From: an uncultured Flavobacteriaceae bacterium | GTDB taxonomy: Bacteria; Bacteroidota; Bacteroidia; Flavobacteriales; Flavobacteriaceae | Assembly (NCBI GenBank): GCA_964433845.1 | Contig: CAYSTA010000003.1 | Span: forward strand, 600-64,599 | Length of the DNA stretch: 64,000 nt | Reading direction: 5' to 3' | Part shown: piece after piece, positions 39,995 through 49,711 of the stretch | How the letters are laid out: every line of letters begins with the position of its first letter | Numbering within the stretch: position 1 is the first letter of the stretch | The notes under the pieces: generated by a model | What the model was told of the DNA's origin: nothing | Database searches by the model: none | Seen by the model: the letters and a program-made list of their open reading frames with translations, nothing else | Program-made: the position numbers and the translations under genes

Positions 39995-42100
39995 TTAACT
40001 AATGTGCTTCCAAAGAATACTATTTTTATTAATTCTTGAATATTCTTCTTTAATTTCTTTATTATCAATATGTTTTAATTGAGGATCTTTTTCAATCAAA
40101 ATCTTTGCATCCCTCCTGGCAACATCTAATATTTCTTTATCCTTTATTAAATCTGCAATTTTAAAATTTAGTAAACCACTTTGTTGTGTGCCAAGTATAT
40201 TTCCAGGTCCTCTTAAATTCATATCAACCTCAGCTATTTTAAATCCATCATTCGTATTAGTCATAGTTTTTATTCTTGTTTTAGCATCATTACTAATTCT
40301 TTCCTTGGTCATTAATATACAATAACTGATTTCCGAACCCCTTCCAACCCTTCCTCTTAATTGATGTAATTGTGATAAACCAAATCTTTCTGCACTTTCA
40401 ACAATCATAACTGAAGCATTTGGAATATTTACACCTACTTCTATAACTGTTGTAGAAACCATAATTTGAGTTTCTCCTTTTTTAAATCTATTCATCTCAT
40501 ACACCTTATCTTCTGGTTTCATTCTTCCATGTAAAATACTTATTTGATATTTATCTTTTGGGAACTCTCTTTCGATACTTTCATAACCATCCATTAGATC
40601 CTTATAATCCATTTTTTTAGATTCTTCAATGAGGGGATAAACAATATATATTTGTCTGCCTTTTTTTATTTCATCCTTTAAAAATTTAAAGACTTGTAAT
40701 CTTTTTTTATCTGTTCTATATACAGTTTTAACAGGTTTTCTTCCAGGTGGCAATTCATCAATTATTGAAATATCTAAATCACCATACACACTCATAGCTA
40801 AAGTTCTAGGTATCGGTGTTGCGGTCATTACTAATATATGAGGAGGTGTAGTATTCTTTTTCCATAATTTTGATCGTTGAGCAACTCCAAATCTGTGTTG
40901 TTCATCTATAATTGCAAGTCCTAAATTTTTAAAAACAACTTTGTCTTCTAATATTGCATGAGTTCCAATCAAAATATTTATTTCTCCATTTTTTAATTCT
41001 TTAAATAGAACACCTCTTTCTTTTTTACTTGTAGAACCAGTTAATAGTTTAATATTTAAATTAAGTCCTATTAAAGAATTGCTTATGCTGTTATAATGTT
41101 GTTGAGCTAATATTTCGGTAGGAGCTATTATAGTAGACTGATAGAAATTATCTATTGCAATTAAACATGATAATAATGCTACAATGGTTTTTCCAGAACC
41201 AACATCTCCTTGAAGGAGTCTATTCATCTGTGCATTACTTGAAAAATCTTTTCTTATTTCTTTAATAACAATCTTTTGAGCATTAGTAAGTTCAAAGTCA
41301 AGGTTATTATGATAAAAAGAATTAAAAAAAGATCCAACTTTAGAAAAATTAAAGCCTTTAAATTTATTTTTATTTATTAAGTTTTTAAATAAGAATTGTA
41401 ATTGAATAAAAAAAAACTCTTCATATTTTAATCTAAATTGAGCTTTACTTAATAGTTTTTGATTTTTTGGAAAATGAATGTTATATAAAGCTTCGTATTT
41501 TGAAATAAAATCATGCTTTTCATTTATCCTTCTATTTAAATTTTCTTTGAAGGATTTTTCTGATTTATCAAAAATGTTAAAAATCAAATCAGTAAATAAT
41601 TTATTATTAATTCCTTTTGAAAGAAGAGACTCCGTTGAACTATAAATTGGGAGTAAATTATTTTTTAATGTCTTAATGTGTTTTTCAAGTAGTTCTATTT
41701 CAGGATGTATAATTGAAAATTTATTATTAAACCAATTTAATTTTCCATAGACAACATATTTGTGATTAACCTTTAGTGATTTTTCTATCCATTTAATTCC
41801 TCTAAACCAGACAATTTCAATTTCTCCATTATCATCAGAAAATAAACTAATTAATCTCTTTTTTTTTGAATTATCTGAATGTCTAAAATCAACAAATCTT
41901 CCTATTATCTGTACATATGAATTAGTGTTTTCTAAATCTGAAATTTTATGATATTTTGTTCTATCAATATATCTAAAAGGAAAAAAATTAAGTAAATCTT
42001 CATACGTAAAAATTTTTAGTTCTGATTTTAATAAATCTGCTCTATTTGGTCCAACTCCCTTTAAATAATCAATAGGTGTAAATAAATAATTTTGTTTCAC
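39995..42100 (-). CDS. recG: ATP-dependent DNA helicase RecG
   Basis: Helicase motifs GDVGSGKT and DEQHRFG, plus QLHQLRGRVGRG. I place the start at the GTG at 42100 (MKQNYLFTPIDYLKGVGP), which matches typical RecG N-termini. The longest ORF reaches a TTG at 42160. Confidence 0.9.
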   Translation of the reverse strand: MKQNYLFTPIDYLKGVGPNRADLLKSELKIFTYEDLLNFFPFRYIDRTKYHKISDLENTNSYVQIIGRFVDFRHSDNSKKKRLISLFSDDNGEIEIVWFRGIKWIEKSLKVNHKYVVYGKLNWFNNKFSIIHPEIELLEKHIKTLKNNLLPIYSSTESLLSKGINNKLFTDLIFNIFDKSEKSFKENLNRRINEKHDFISKYEALYNIHFPKNQKLLSKAQFRLKYEEFFFIQLQFLFKNLINKNKFKGFNFSKVGSFFNSFYHNNLDFELTNAQKIVIKEIRKDFSSNAQMNRLLQGDVGSGKTIVALLSCLIAIDNFYQSTIIAPTEILAQQHYNSISNSLIGLNLNIKLLTGSTSKKERGVLFKELKNGEINILIGTHAILEDKVVFKNLGLAIIDEQHRFGVAQRSKLWKKNTTPPHILVMTATPIPRTLAMSVYGDLDISIIDELPPGRKPVKTVYRTDKKRLQVFKFLKDEIKKGRQIYIVYPLIEESKKMDYKDLMDGYESIEREFPKDKYQISILHGRMKPEDKVYEMNRFKKGETQIMVSTTVIEVGVNIPNASVMIVESAERFGLSQLHQLRGRVGRGSEISYCILMTKERISNDAKTRIKTMTNTNDGFKIAEVDMNLRGPGNILGTQQSGLLNFKIADLIKDKEILDVARRDAKILIEKDPQLKHIDNKEIKEEYSRINKNSILWKHIS

Positions 42101-42178
42101 AACACTAATATAATTTATTAACTTTATAAGGTAAAATATCTTAATAAAATCACTAATCAAGTCAAATACTTATTTTAG

Positions 42179-44440
42179 TTGGAAGACTACCTAGCTCAAT
42201 TAAACGAATCTCAAAAATTACCAACAATACATAAAAATGGTCCTGTGATGGTAATTGCAGGTGCGGGATCTGGTAAAACTAGAGTTTTAACATACAGAAT
42301 TGCTTATTTAATTGAAATGGGGGTAGACCCATTCTCAATATTAGCATTAACATTTACCAATAAAGCTGCTAGAGAAATGAAATCAAGGATTTCTCAAATT
42401 GTTGGAGAAAGTGAATCAAAAAGTTTATGGATGGGAACATTTCATTCTGTCTTTGCAAGGATTTTGAGGTCTGAATCTGAACATTTGGGTTATTCATCTA
42501 ATTTCACAATATATGATACACAAGATTCCGATAGGTTAATAGCAACAATAATTAAAGAATTAAAACTAGATAAGGATTTATATAAATATAAAAGTATTAG
42601 AAACAGAATTTCATCACTAAAAAACAGTCTTGTTACAGTAAAGGCATATTTAAATAATTCTGAGCTTATTCAGCAAGACAATGAATCAAGAAGACCTATG
42701 TTTGGAAAAGTCTATCAAACATATGTGAATAGGTGTTTTAAAGCTTCAGCAATGGATTTTGATGACCTTTTATTAAAAACTAATGAATTATTAAATAGAT
42801 TTCCTGAAATTTTGTCAAAATATCAAGAAAGATTTAAATATATCCATGTAGATGAATATCAAGATACAAATCATTCACAGTATTTAATTGTAAAAGCTTT
42901 AGCTGATAAATATGAAAATCTATGTGTTGTTGGAGATGATGCACAAAGTATATATGGTTTTAGAGGAGCAAACATTGAAAATATATTGAGTTTTCAAAAA
43001 GATTATCCAAATTCTACTATTTACAGATTAGAACAAAATTATAGGTCTACTAAAAATATAGTTAATGCTGCAAATTCAGTTATAAATCAAAATATTAACA
43101 AATTAGACAAAAAAGTATGGACTGAAAATGAAAGTGGTGAAAAAATTCAAATAAATCAGTCAATTACAGATTCAGAAGAGGGTAGGTTTGTTGCATCAAA
43201 TATTTTTGAAAATAAAAATAATTTACAATTAAATAATGATTCTTTTGCAGTTTTGTATAGAACAAATGCACAATCAAGGTCAATAGAAGATGCATTAAGA
43301 AGAAAAAATATTTTATATCAAGTTTATGGAGGACTTTCTTTCTATCAAAGAAAAGAAATAAAAGATGTTTTAGCATATTTAAGAGTAATTGTAAACCCAA
43401 ATGATGAAGAAAGTATAAAAAGGATAATAAATTTTCCAACTAGAGGAATAGGCCAAACAACAGTAGATAAATTGTTAGTTTATTCAAATGAAAATGAAAT
43501 TACCTTGTATAATACTTTAGAAATAATAAACTCAAGTGAAATAAACATCAATTCTGGAATTAAAAATAAATTAAATGAATTTTTATTATTAATAAAAAAT
43601 TTTCAATTATTAAATAAAAAATTAAATGCATTAGAGATAGTGCAGGAAGTTCTTAAAAGGATTGGCATCATAAATATTTTGAAATCTGAAGGAACTCCAG
43701 AATCAATTAGTAGGATTGAGAATATAGAGGAACTAGTTAATGGTATTAAGGACTTTATTGAAGGTCAGGAAGAGGTCGTGAGTTCAACAGGAGCATTAAG
43801 TGATTTTTTGGAAGATATTGCTTTAGTATCAGAATTAGATAAAGATATTAGTGAATCTGAAAAAAGAGTATCATTAATGACTATTCATCTAGCTAAAGGA
43901 CTCGAATTCAATCATGTATATATAGTTGGACTAGAAGAAGACCTTTTCCCTTCTGCATTAAGTTCAACAACTAGAGCTGATCTTGAAGAAGAAAGAAGGT
44001 TGTTTTATGTAGCTATTACAAGGGCAAAAAAGAAATTAACAATATCATTTGCTAAAACAAGATATAGATGGGGAAAATTAAACGATTGTGAACCAAGTAG
44101 ATTTGTTAATGAAATAGATAAAAAATATACAAATTTTAATATTTCAAATTTATCAATCTCATCATCATTTAAAACAAAAAATAGTGATAAGCTAAGGTTT
44201 ATAAAACCCAAAACTAAAAAAAATCTAAAGTCCTTAAGAAACAGTTCTAATAACAATCATGATAATTCAAATTATATAGATATTCAAAAGGGAGATGTTA
44301 TAATTCACAATCGATTTGGAAAAGGAAAAGTAGTATATACTGAAGGTTCAGGTTTTGATAAAAAAGCTGAAGTAGAATTTGAAACTAGTGGTATAAAAAA
44401 AATATTGTTAAAGTTTGCTAAATATGAAATAATAAAATAG
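42179..44440 (+). CDS. uvrD: UvrD/PcrA/Rep-family ATP-dependent DNA helicase with a C-terminal Tudor-like domain
   Basis: 753 aa. Walker A AGAGSGKT, VDEYQDTN, YRS, then an N/S-rich linker and a C-terminal GDVIIHNRFGKGKVV...VEFE.SGIKKIL motif. The TTG start follows an in-frame TAG directly. Confidence 0.9.
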   Translation: MEDYLAQLNESQKLPTIHKNGPVMVIAGAGSGKTRVLTYRIAYLIEMGVDPFSILALTFTNKAAREMKSRISQIVGESESKSLWMGTFHSVFARILRSESEHLGYSSNFTIYDTQDSDRLIATIIKELKLDKDLYKYKSIRNRISSLKNSLVTVKAYLNNSELIQQDNESRRPMFGKVYQTYVNRCFKASAMDFDDLLLKTNELLNRFPEILSKYQERFKYIHVDEYQDTNHSQYLIVKALADKYENLCVVGDDAQSIYGFRGANIENILSFQKDYPNSTIYRLEQNYRSTKNIVNAANSVINQNINKLDKKVWTENESGEKIQINQSITDSEEGRFVASNIFENKNNLQLNNDSFAVLYRTNAQSRSIEDALRRKNILYQVYGGLSFYQRKEIKDVLAYLRVIVNPNDEESIKRIINFPTRGIGQTTVDKLLVYSNENEITLYNTLEIINSSEININSGIKNKLNEFLLLIKNFQLLNKKLNALEIVQEVLKRIGIINILKSEGTPESISRIENIEELVNGIKDFIEGQEEVVSSTGALSDFLEDIALVSELDKDISESEKRVSLMTIHLAKGLEFNHVYIVGLEEDLFPSALSSTTRADLEEERRLFYVAITRAKKKLTISFAKTRYRWGKLNDCEPSRFVNEIDKKYTNFNISNLSISSSFKTKNSDKLRFIKPKTKKNLKSLRNSSNNNHDNSNYIDIQKGDVIIHNRFGKGKVVYTEGSGFDKKAEVEFETSGIKKILLKFAKYEIIK

Positions 44441-44442
44441 AA

Positions 44443-46188
44443 TTAAAATCTATTTTTATTCATTTTCTTTTTTCTTTTAAACTTAACATTGTCTCTGAAA
44501 GTATAATTTTTATCTGATCTTTTCTTTCGTTTCTTTTTAAAAGAGAATGTTTTATTTTTTTTTCTTTTTGAAAACTTCTTTCCAATCTCTTCTTTTGTTT
44601 CAATTATTTTTAAGACAATATCATTATAATCTATTTTTTTTATTTTATCAATTAAATCAGATTTAACTTTAGAATCAATCTCAAAGATTGTATACGATTC
44701 TCTAATATCTATTCCACCAATCTCAATTTCATTAGATTTTAAAGCCCTATTTATAATTGATATTAGCTCAATTGGAGAAAGACCTTGTTTTCTTCCAACA
44801 TTTATTGAAAAATTTAAAAAAGGTTCTCTATTAACTTTCTTTTTATTATGTTTTGATGCTCTATTATTATTTATATCTCCTGAATTTTTATAATAATCCA
44901 AAAACCTGTTAAATTCCGCAGACACAAAGTGTTTTATTAAATCCTCTCTACTTAACGATTTAAGTTTGTTATATATATCATTAAGGAATGGTTCAATTTG
45001 TTTTTCATCAACATCAACTTTTTCAATTTTTTCAATTAATTTATAGAGTTGTTTAGAACAAATGTCTTTGCCTGAAGGGATATCTTTATTTATGAACTTA
45101 ATTTGAAACTTATGTTCAATTAATTGAATTTTTCTTCCATCTCTAGAATTTGTTATTGCAATAGATATTCCTTTCTTGCCTGCTCTTCCAGTTCTTCCAC
45201 TCCGATGAATGTATACTTCGGGATCATCTGGAAGTGAATAATTAATAACATGAGTAAGATCATCAACATCTAAACCTCTTGCCGCAACATCTGTTGCAAT
45301 TAAAAGCTCTAATGATCTATTTCTAAATCTAGACATTACCTCATCTCTTTGATTTTGTGATAAATCTCCATGAATAGCATCTGCATTATAACCTTCATTA
45401 ATAAATTTATTTGCTATATCCTTTGTTTCACGTCTAGTTCTACAAAATACAATTCCATAAATACTTGGATTGAAATCAGAAATTCTTTTTAATGCCTCAT
45501 ATTTATACTTAGAACTAATATTATAAATATGATGTTCAACATTTACAGCTCCAGAATTAACTTTAGATACAGAAATTTCTTTTGCTCCCTTCATGTACTT
45601 TTTTGAAATAGATAAAACTTCTTTAGACATAGTAGCAGAAAATAACATTGTCTGTCTGTTTTTAGAAGTTTTATGTAATATAAAATCTAAATCCTCCTTA
45701 AAACCCATACTCAACATTTCATCTGCTTCATCTAATACAACTTTATTAACTAAATTTAATTTTAATATTTTTCTATTAATTAAATCTTTTGTTCTTCCAG
45801 GTGTTCCTATAATAATTTGTGCTCCTTTTTTGATTGATTTAGCTTGATTTTCAATACTAACTCCTCCATATACAGGAACAGTTTTAATATCTTTAATGTA
45901 TTTAGAAAATGAAATAATATCTTTAGAAATTTGGATACATAATTCTCTAGTAGGACACAAAACTATTACTTGAACTTGTTTAAGTTTAAAATCTATTTCT
46001 TGAATTGATGGTAAACCAAATGCAGCAGTTTTTCCAGTTCCAGTTTGAGCTAATGCAATTAAATCTATATTGTTTTCCAACAAAAAAGGAATGCATTGCT
46101 TTTGAATTGGAGTAGGGGTTTTGTAACCTAATTCTTTAATTGATTTAATTAATTCTTTGTTTAAACCTATTTTCTTAAAACCTGACAT
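44443..46188 (-). CDS. DEAD-box ATP-dependent RNA helicase (DeaD/CsdA-like) with a DbpA-type RNA-binding domain and a K/R-rich tail
   Basis: Motifs AQTGTGKT, PTRELC, VLDEADEML, SAT and HRSGRTGRAG. The C-terminal tail is rich in K and R. The ATG at 46188 sits one codon inside the TTG at 46191. Confidence 0.9.
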   Translation of the reverse strand: MSGFKKIGLNKELIKSIKELGYKTPTPIQKQCIPFLLENNIDLIALAQTGTGKTAAFGLPSIQEIDFKLKQVQVIVLCPTRELCIQISKDIISFSKYIKDIKTVPVYGGVSIENQAKSIKKGAQIIIGTPGRTKDLINRKILKLNLVNKVVLDEADEMLSMGFKEDLDFILHKTSKNRQTMLFSATMSKEVLSISKKYMKGAKEISVSKVNSGAVNVEHHIYNISSKYKYEALKRISDFNPSIYGIVFCRTRRETKDIANKFINEGYNADAIHGDLSQNQRDEVMSRFRNRSLELLIATDVAARGLDVDDLTHVINYSLPDDPEVYIHRSGRTGRAGKKGISIAITNSRDGRKIQLIEHKFQIKFINKDIPSGKDICSKQLYKLIEKIEKVDVDEKQIEPFLNDIYNKLKSLSREDLIKHFVSAEFNRFLDYYKNSGDINNNRASKHNKKKVNREPFLNFSINVGRKQGLSPIELISIINRALKSNEIEIGGIDIRESYTIFEIDSKVKSDLIDKIKKIDYNDIVLKIIETKEEIGKKFSKRKKNKTFSFKKKRKKRSDKNYTFRDNVKFKRKKKMNKNRF

Positions 46189-46273
46189 CAATTATTTTTG
46201 GCTGCAAATGTCGACTATTATATTGGGTATTATCTATTTTATTATATTTTTTTTATTTAGTTAAAATCAGATC

Positions 46274-46304
46274 AAAAAAAAACACACCTAAATGGTGTGT
46301 TTTT
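46274..46304 (-). terminator. rho-independent terminator downstream of the OmpA-family gene (symmetric A-run/T-run, potentially bidirectional)
   Basis: AAAAAAAAACACACC taaat GGTGTGTTTTT. A 7-bp G/C-containing stem (46282-46288 / 46294-46300) is extended by A:T pairs. It lies about 20 nt past the stop codon at 46325. Confidence 0.75.
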
Positions 46305-46324
46305 AATTAATTAAATTTTATATT

Positions 46325-47182
46325 TTAATTCCCAGCTGCTTTAATCCCCTGTTCAATTAGATCATAAAACTGATCTAGTTTTGGAAGAACAACAATTCTT
46401 GTTCTTCTATTTTTTGATCTATTCTCTGCAGTATCATTATCAGCAACTGGAACATAATAACTTCTTCCTGCAGCAGTCATCCTTTCTGGTTGAACACCAA
46501 AGTCGTTTTGTAATACTCTAACTACTGATGTTGCTCTTTTAACGCTTAAGTCCCAGTTATCTAAAAGAACTTCGTTTTGAATTGACTGATCATCAGTATG
46601 ACCTTCAACTAAAAATTCAATTTCAGGTTTATCAAGAACAACTTTTGCCACTTTGCCTAAAACTTCTTTTGCCCTTTCAGAAACAACATAACTTCCACTG
46701 TTAAATAGTAATTTATCCGAAATAGAAATAAATACAACTCCTTTTTCTACATTAACTTCAATGTCTTTGTCATTTATGTCAATAAAAGTTCCTTTTAAAC
46801 TAGTTACTAAAGCTAATGTTACAGAATCTCTTCTAGTAACAGCATCTCGCATAGTATTTATAGTTAAGTCTTTCTCTTTCATACTTTCAAGAGATTTTTC
46901 AAGATTTTCAGCACCTTGTTGAGACAATGTTGTAAGATTCCCCATTGTATTAATTAAATCCTGATTATTGTTACTTAAAAAAGTAACCTGCTCTTTTAAG
47001 GATTTAAGCTCAGCTTCAGCTCCAGCTCTTTCATCAATACAACTATTTAATTTAACAGTTGCTGAGTTTAGCAAATCTTTACTTTGCTGATTCATAGCTT
47101 CTAATGCTGCATATTTCTTTTGTGAAACGCAGGATGGGATTAAAAATGATACACTTAGCATCAATAAAAAGATTTTTTTCAT
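46325..47182 (-). CDS. OmpA-family (OmpA/MotB C-terminal domain) lipoprotein with an N-terminal coiled-coil region
   Basis: 285 aa with a lipobox (LIPSC). The OmpA-like peptidoglycan-binding domain reads VEGHTDD...LS.KRA..V...L....R....G. Confidence 0.82.
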   Translation of the reverse strand: MKKIFLLMLSVSFLIPSCVSQKKYAALEAMNQQSKDLLNSATVKLNSCIDERAGAEAELKSLKEQVTFLSNNNQDLINTMGNLTTLSQQGAENLEKSLESMKEKDLTINTMRDAVTRRDSVTLALVTSLKGTFIDINDKDIEVNVEKGVVFISISDKLLFNSGSYVVSERAKEVLGKVAKVVLDKPEIEFLVEGHTDDQSIQNEVLLDNWDLSVKRATSVVRVLQNDFGVQPERMTAAGRSYYVPVADNDTAENRSKNRRTRIVVLPKLDQFYDLIEQGIKAAGN

Positions 47183-47207
47183 GTTTTTTTAATTTATTTT
47201 AATTTTT

Positions 47208-47215
47208 CAAATTTA
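47208..47215 (-). promoter_or_regulatory. candidate -7 box (TAAATTTG) for the OmpA-family gene
   Basis: The plus strand reads CAAATTTA, 26 nt upstream of the ATG at 47182. Confidence 0.45.
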
Positions 47216-47243
47216 GTAAAATATTAATATTAAACTTATTAAT

Positions 47244-48251
47244 TTAACTCTTATTTAAATCAGAGAAAACTCTTTTCTTAAGAATCAAGTATTTATATAT
47301 TATTGACTTAATAACGTAATGATTCTTGGTTTTATTGTTAGAATCATATGGCATATTAGGTACACTTTGCATTGAACTATATATAATTGCTAATACTATC
47401 GCAAAAAACTTGCCAAATTGTAATAAGAAGAAATAATAAATGGCAATCATGAGATCTTGTAATATCCTTTTTGACATGAAAAAACTATCATTATGAAAAT
47501 TTTGAAAGTTTTTTCTAATCATATAATATGAATTTCTAAAATTGTAAAATGTTTTAGTTGGAGAATTTTTTGAAAGAGATCCTCCTCCAAGATGGTATAC
47601 AATACTATCATGAATATATATTTTTTTTAAATATTGGTTATAATTATTTACTCTCCAACATAAATCAATTTCTTCCATATGACAAAAAAATTTTTCATCA
47701 AAACCATTTAAATCGTCAAAGGTCTCCTTTCTTATAAAAAAGCATGCTCCAGATGCCCAAAAAATATCAACATTTTCATTATATTGACCTTTATCTATTT
47801 CAATAAAATCATTGATTCTCCCTCTACAATAGGGATAACCAAAATAATCAATATAACCACCAGCTGCACCTGCATATTCAAATTTATTTTTGTTATTATA
47901 ATCTAGGATTTTTGGTTGTGCTATAACCAAATTTTTATTAGATTCGAATTCTTTAATAATAGGATCCAACCAATCTTTTGTAACTTCTACATCATTATTT
48001 AATAAACAAAACACTTCTTCGTTTACATGTTTTAATCCTTCATTATATCCCTTTGCATATCCATAATTTTTATCATTTCTTATAATTTTCAGATTAGGGT
48101 AGTTTTTAGTTAAAAAATCTATTGATTTATCCTCAGAATTATTATCTATAATATAAATTGGATTATCTCCAGAATTATTAACTACACTAGAAAGAAACTT
48201 TTCTAATAGTTCATGTCCATTCCAATTTAATATTACAACAGCTATTTTCAT
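47244..48251 (-). CDS. family 2 glycosyltransferase
   Basis: 335 aa. An N-terminal GT-A fold (IAVVILNWNG...IIDNNSEDKS...NNDVEV) and C-terminal TM helices. Confidence 0.82.
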   Translation of the reverse strand: MKIAVVILNWNGHELLEKFLSSVVNNSGDNPIYIIDNNSEDKSIDFLTKNYPNLKIIRNDKNYGYAKGYNEGLKHVNEEVFCLLNNDVEVTKDWLDPIIKEFESNKNLVIAQPKILDYNNKNKFEYAGAAGGYIDYFGYPYCRGRINDFIEIDKGQYNENVDIFWASGACFFIRKETFDDLNGFDEKFFCHMEEIDLCWRVNNYNQYLKKIYIHDSIVYHLGGGSLSKNSPTKTFYNFRNSYYMIRKNFQNFHNDSFFMSKRILQDLMIAIYYFFLLQFGKFFAIVLAIIYSSMQSVPNMPYDSNNKTKNHYVIKSIIYKYLILKKRVFSDLNKS

Positions 48252-48685
48252 TTTAATGGAAAATTTTTTACAAAATTATAAGTTTTAGCTTTGCTATCAA
48301 CTTTAAAATAAAAATGATTTAAACCATTAGTAATCATTAAATATTTAGATTTCATATATTGATTATATATAGATGTTTGATCAAATACTTTTTGATCAAT
48401 TTTTACATTTGGCGCTTTACATTCAACTAGTAATAAAACATTACCATTTCTGTCATATACAACAAGATCAAATCTTTTTGTCATTTTATTGATGATAATT
48501 TTTTTTTCAACTGCGATATGATTTTTTGGAATATTGTAAGAAATCAAAAAATTTATCACATGTTGTCTTACCCATTCTTCTGGAGTTAATAAAATCAATT
48601 TTTTTCTTAAAATATCAAAAATATGAGGTTTATTATCTTTATTTTTAAGGTTAAATTTAAAATCTGGAAAATTTAATTTTATCAT
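48248..48685 (-). CDS. HsdR_N-type PD-(D/E)xK nuclease-fold protein (type I restriction enzyme R N-terminal domain only)
   Basis: 145 aa. EEWVRQHVINFL, then D(LVVY)...x13...LVECK, which fits the PD-(D/E)xK core. Its stop overlaps the GT2 start by 4 nt. Confidence 0.65.
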   Translation of the reverse strand: MIKLNFPDFKFNLKNKDNKPHIFDILRKKLILLTPEEWVRQHVINFLISYNIPKNHIAVEKKIIINKMTKRFDLVVYDRNGNVLLLVECKAPNVKIDQKVFDQTSIYNQYMKSKYLMITNGLNHFYFKVDSKAKTYNFVKNFPLK

Positions 48686-48700
48686 AAAATAAAACTCAAG

Positions 48701-49711
48701 ATGAATTTAAAGGAAATTAATACTATAATTTCAAAAATTAAAAATAAAGTTTATTCTCCAATATATTTTTTGATGGGTGAGGAAACTTATTATATAGATT
48801 TTATCACTGAACTCTTAGATGAGGAAGTTTTAAATAATGATGAAAAAGACTTTAATAAAACGGTTCTATATGGAAAAGAAACAAATATTGATGAATTAGT
48901 TTCTCATTGCAAGAGATATCCAATAATGAGTAAATATCAGATAGTTATTTTAAAAGAGGCACAAGATTTGTCAAGAAAAATTGAAAAGCTTTCGAGTTAT
49001 GTTTTAAATCCTTCATTAAATACTATTCTAATAATTAACTATAAATACAAAACATTAGATAAAAGAAAAAAGCTTTATAAAAACATTCAAAAATTTGGAA
49101 CTGTGATCGATTGTAAAAAGATTTATGAAGACCATGTTCCACAATGGATAATTAATCAATTAAATAATGACAAATATTCAATTGAACCTAAAGCTTGTTC
49201 AATGTTAGTTGATTATTTAGGTAATGACCTTAATAAAATAAATAACCAATTAAATAAACTAAAGATTATAAGTCATAAAGAAAAAAAAATAACTCCACTT
49301 CTGATTGAAGAAAATATAGGTATAAGTAAAGATTATAATGTGTTTGAATTAAGAAAAGCTGTAGGCAAAAAAGATCTTTCAAAAGCTTTAATCATCTGTA
49401 ATTATTTATCATCAAATTCAAATAAACATCCTGTCCAAATGACATTATCTTCTCTATTTAATTATTTTTTACAGGTTTTTCAATACCATAGCCTTTCCAA
49501 TAAATCTCAAAATAATGTGGCGAATATATTAGGCGTTAATCCCTTCTTTGTTAAAGATTATATAATTGCTTCAAAAAATTATTCAATGAAAAATATTAGT
49601 TCTATAATTAGTTTAATAAAAGATTTTGATTTAAAAAGTAAAGGGGTAGGGGTTTCAAATATTTCAAATCATGATTTATTAAGACAACTAATTATTCAAA
49701 TTATAAATTAA
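48701..49711 (+). CDS. holA: DNA polymerase III delta subunit
   Basis: 336 aa. N-terminal SPIYFLMGEETYYID..., an overall delta-subunit pattern, and the conserved LNKINNQLNKL region. Confidence 0.8.
   Translation: MNLKEINTIISKIKNKVYSPIYFLMGEETYYIDFITELLDEEVLNNDEKDFNKTVLYGKETNIDELVSHCKRYPIMSKYQIVILKEAQDLSRKIEKLSSYVLNPSLNTILIINYKYKTLDKRKKLYKNIQKFGTVIDCKKIYEDHVPQWIINQLNNDKYSIEPKACSMLVDYLGNDLNKINNQLNKLKIISHKEKKITPLLIEENIGISKDYNVFELRKAVGKKDLSKALIICNYLSSNSNKHPVQMTLSSLFNYFLQVFQYHSLSNKSQNNVANILGVNPFFVKDYIIASKNYSMKNISSIISLIKDFDLKSKGVGVSNISNHDLLRQLIIQIIN

Noticed and set aside
44100-44290. An N/S/K-rich low-complexity stretch near the 3' end of uvrD looked like a possible insertion or repeat.
   Set aside because: It reads as an in-frame disordered linker joining the helicase core to the C-terminal Tudor-like domain (GDVIIHNRFGKGKVV...). 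No DNA-level repeat structure is evident.
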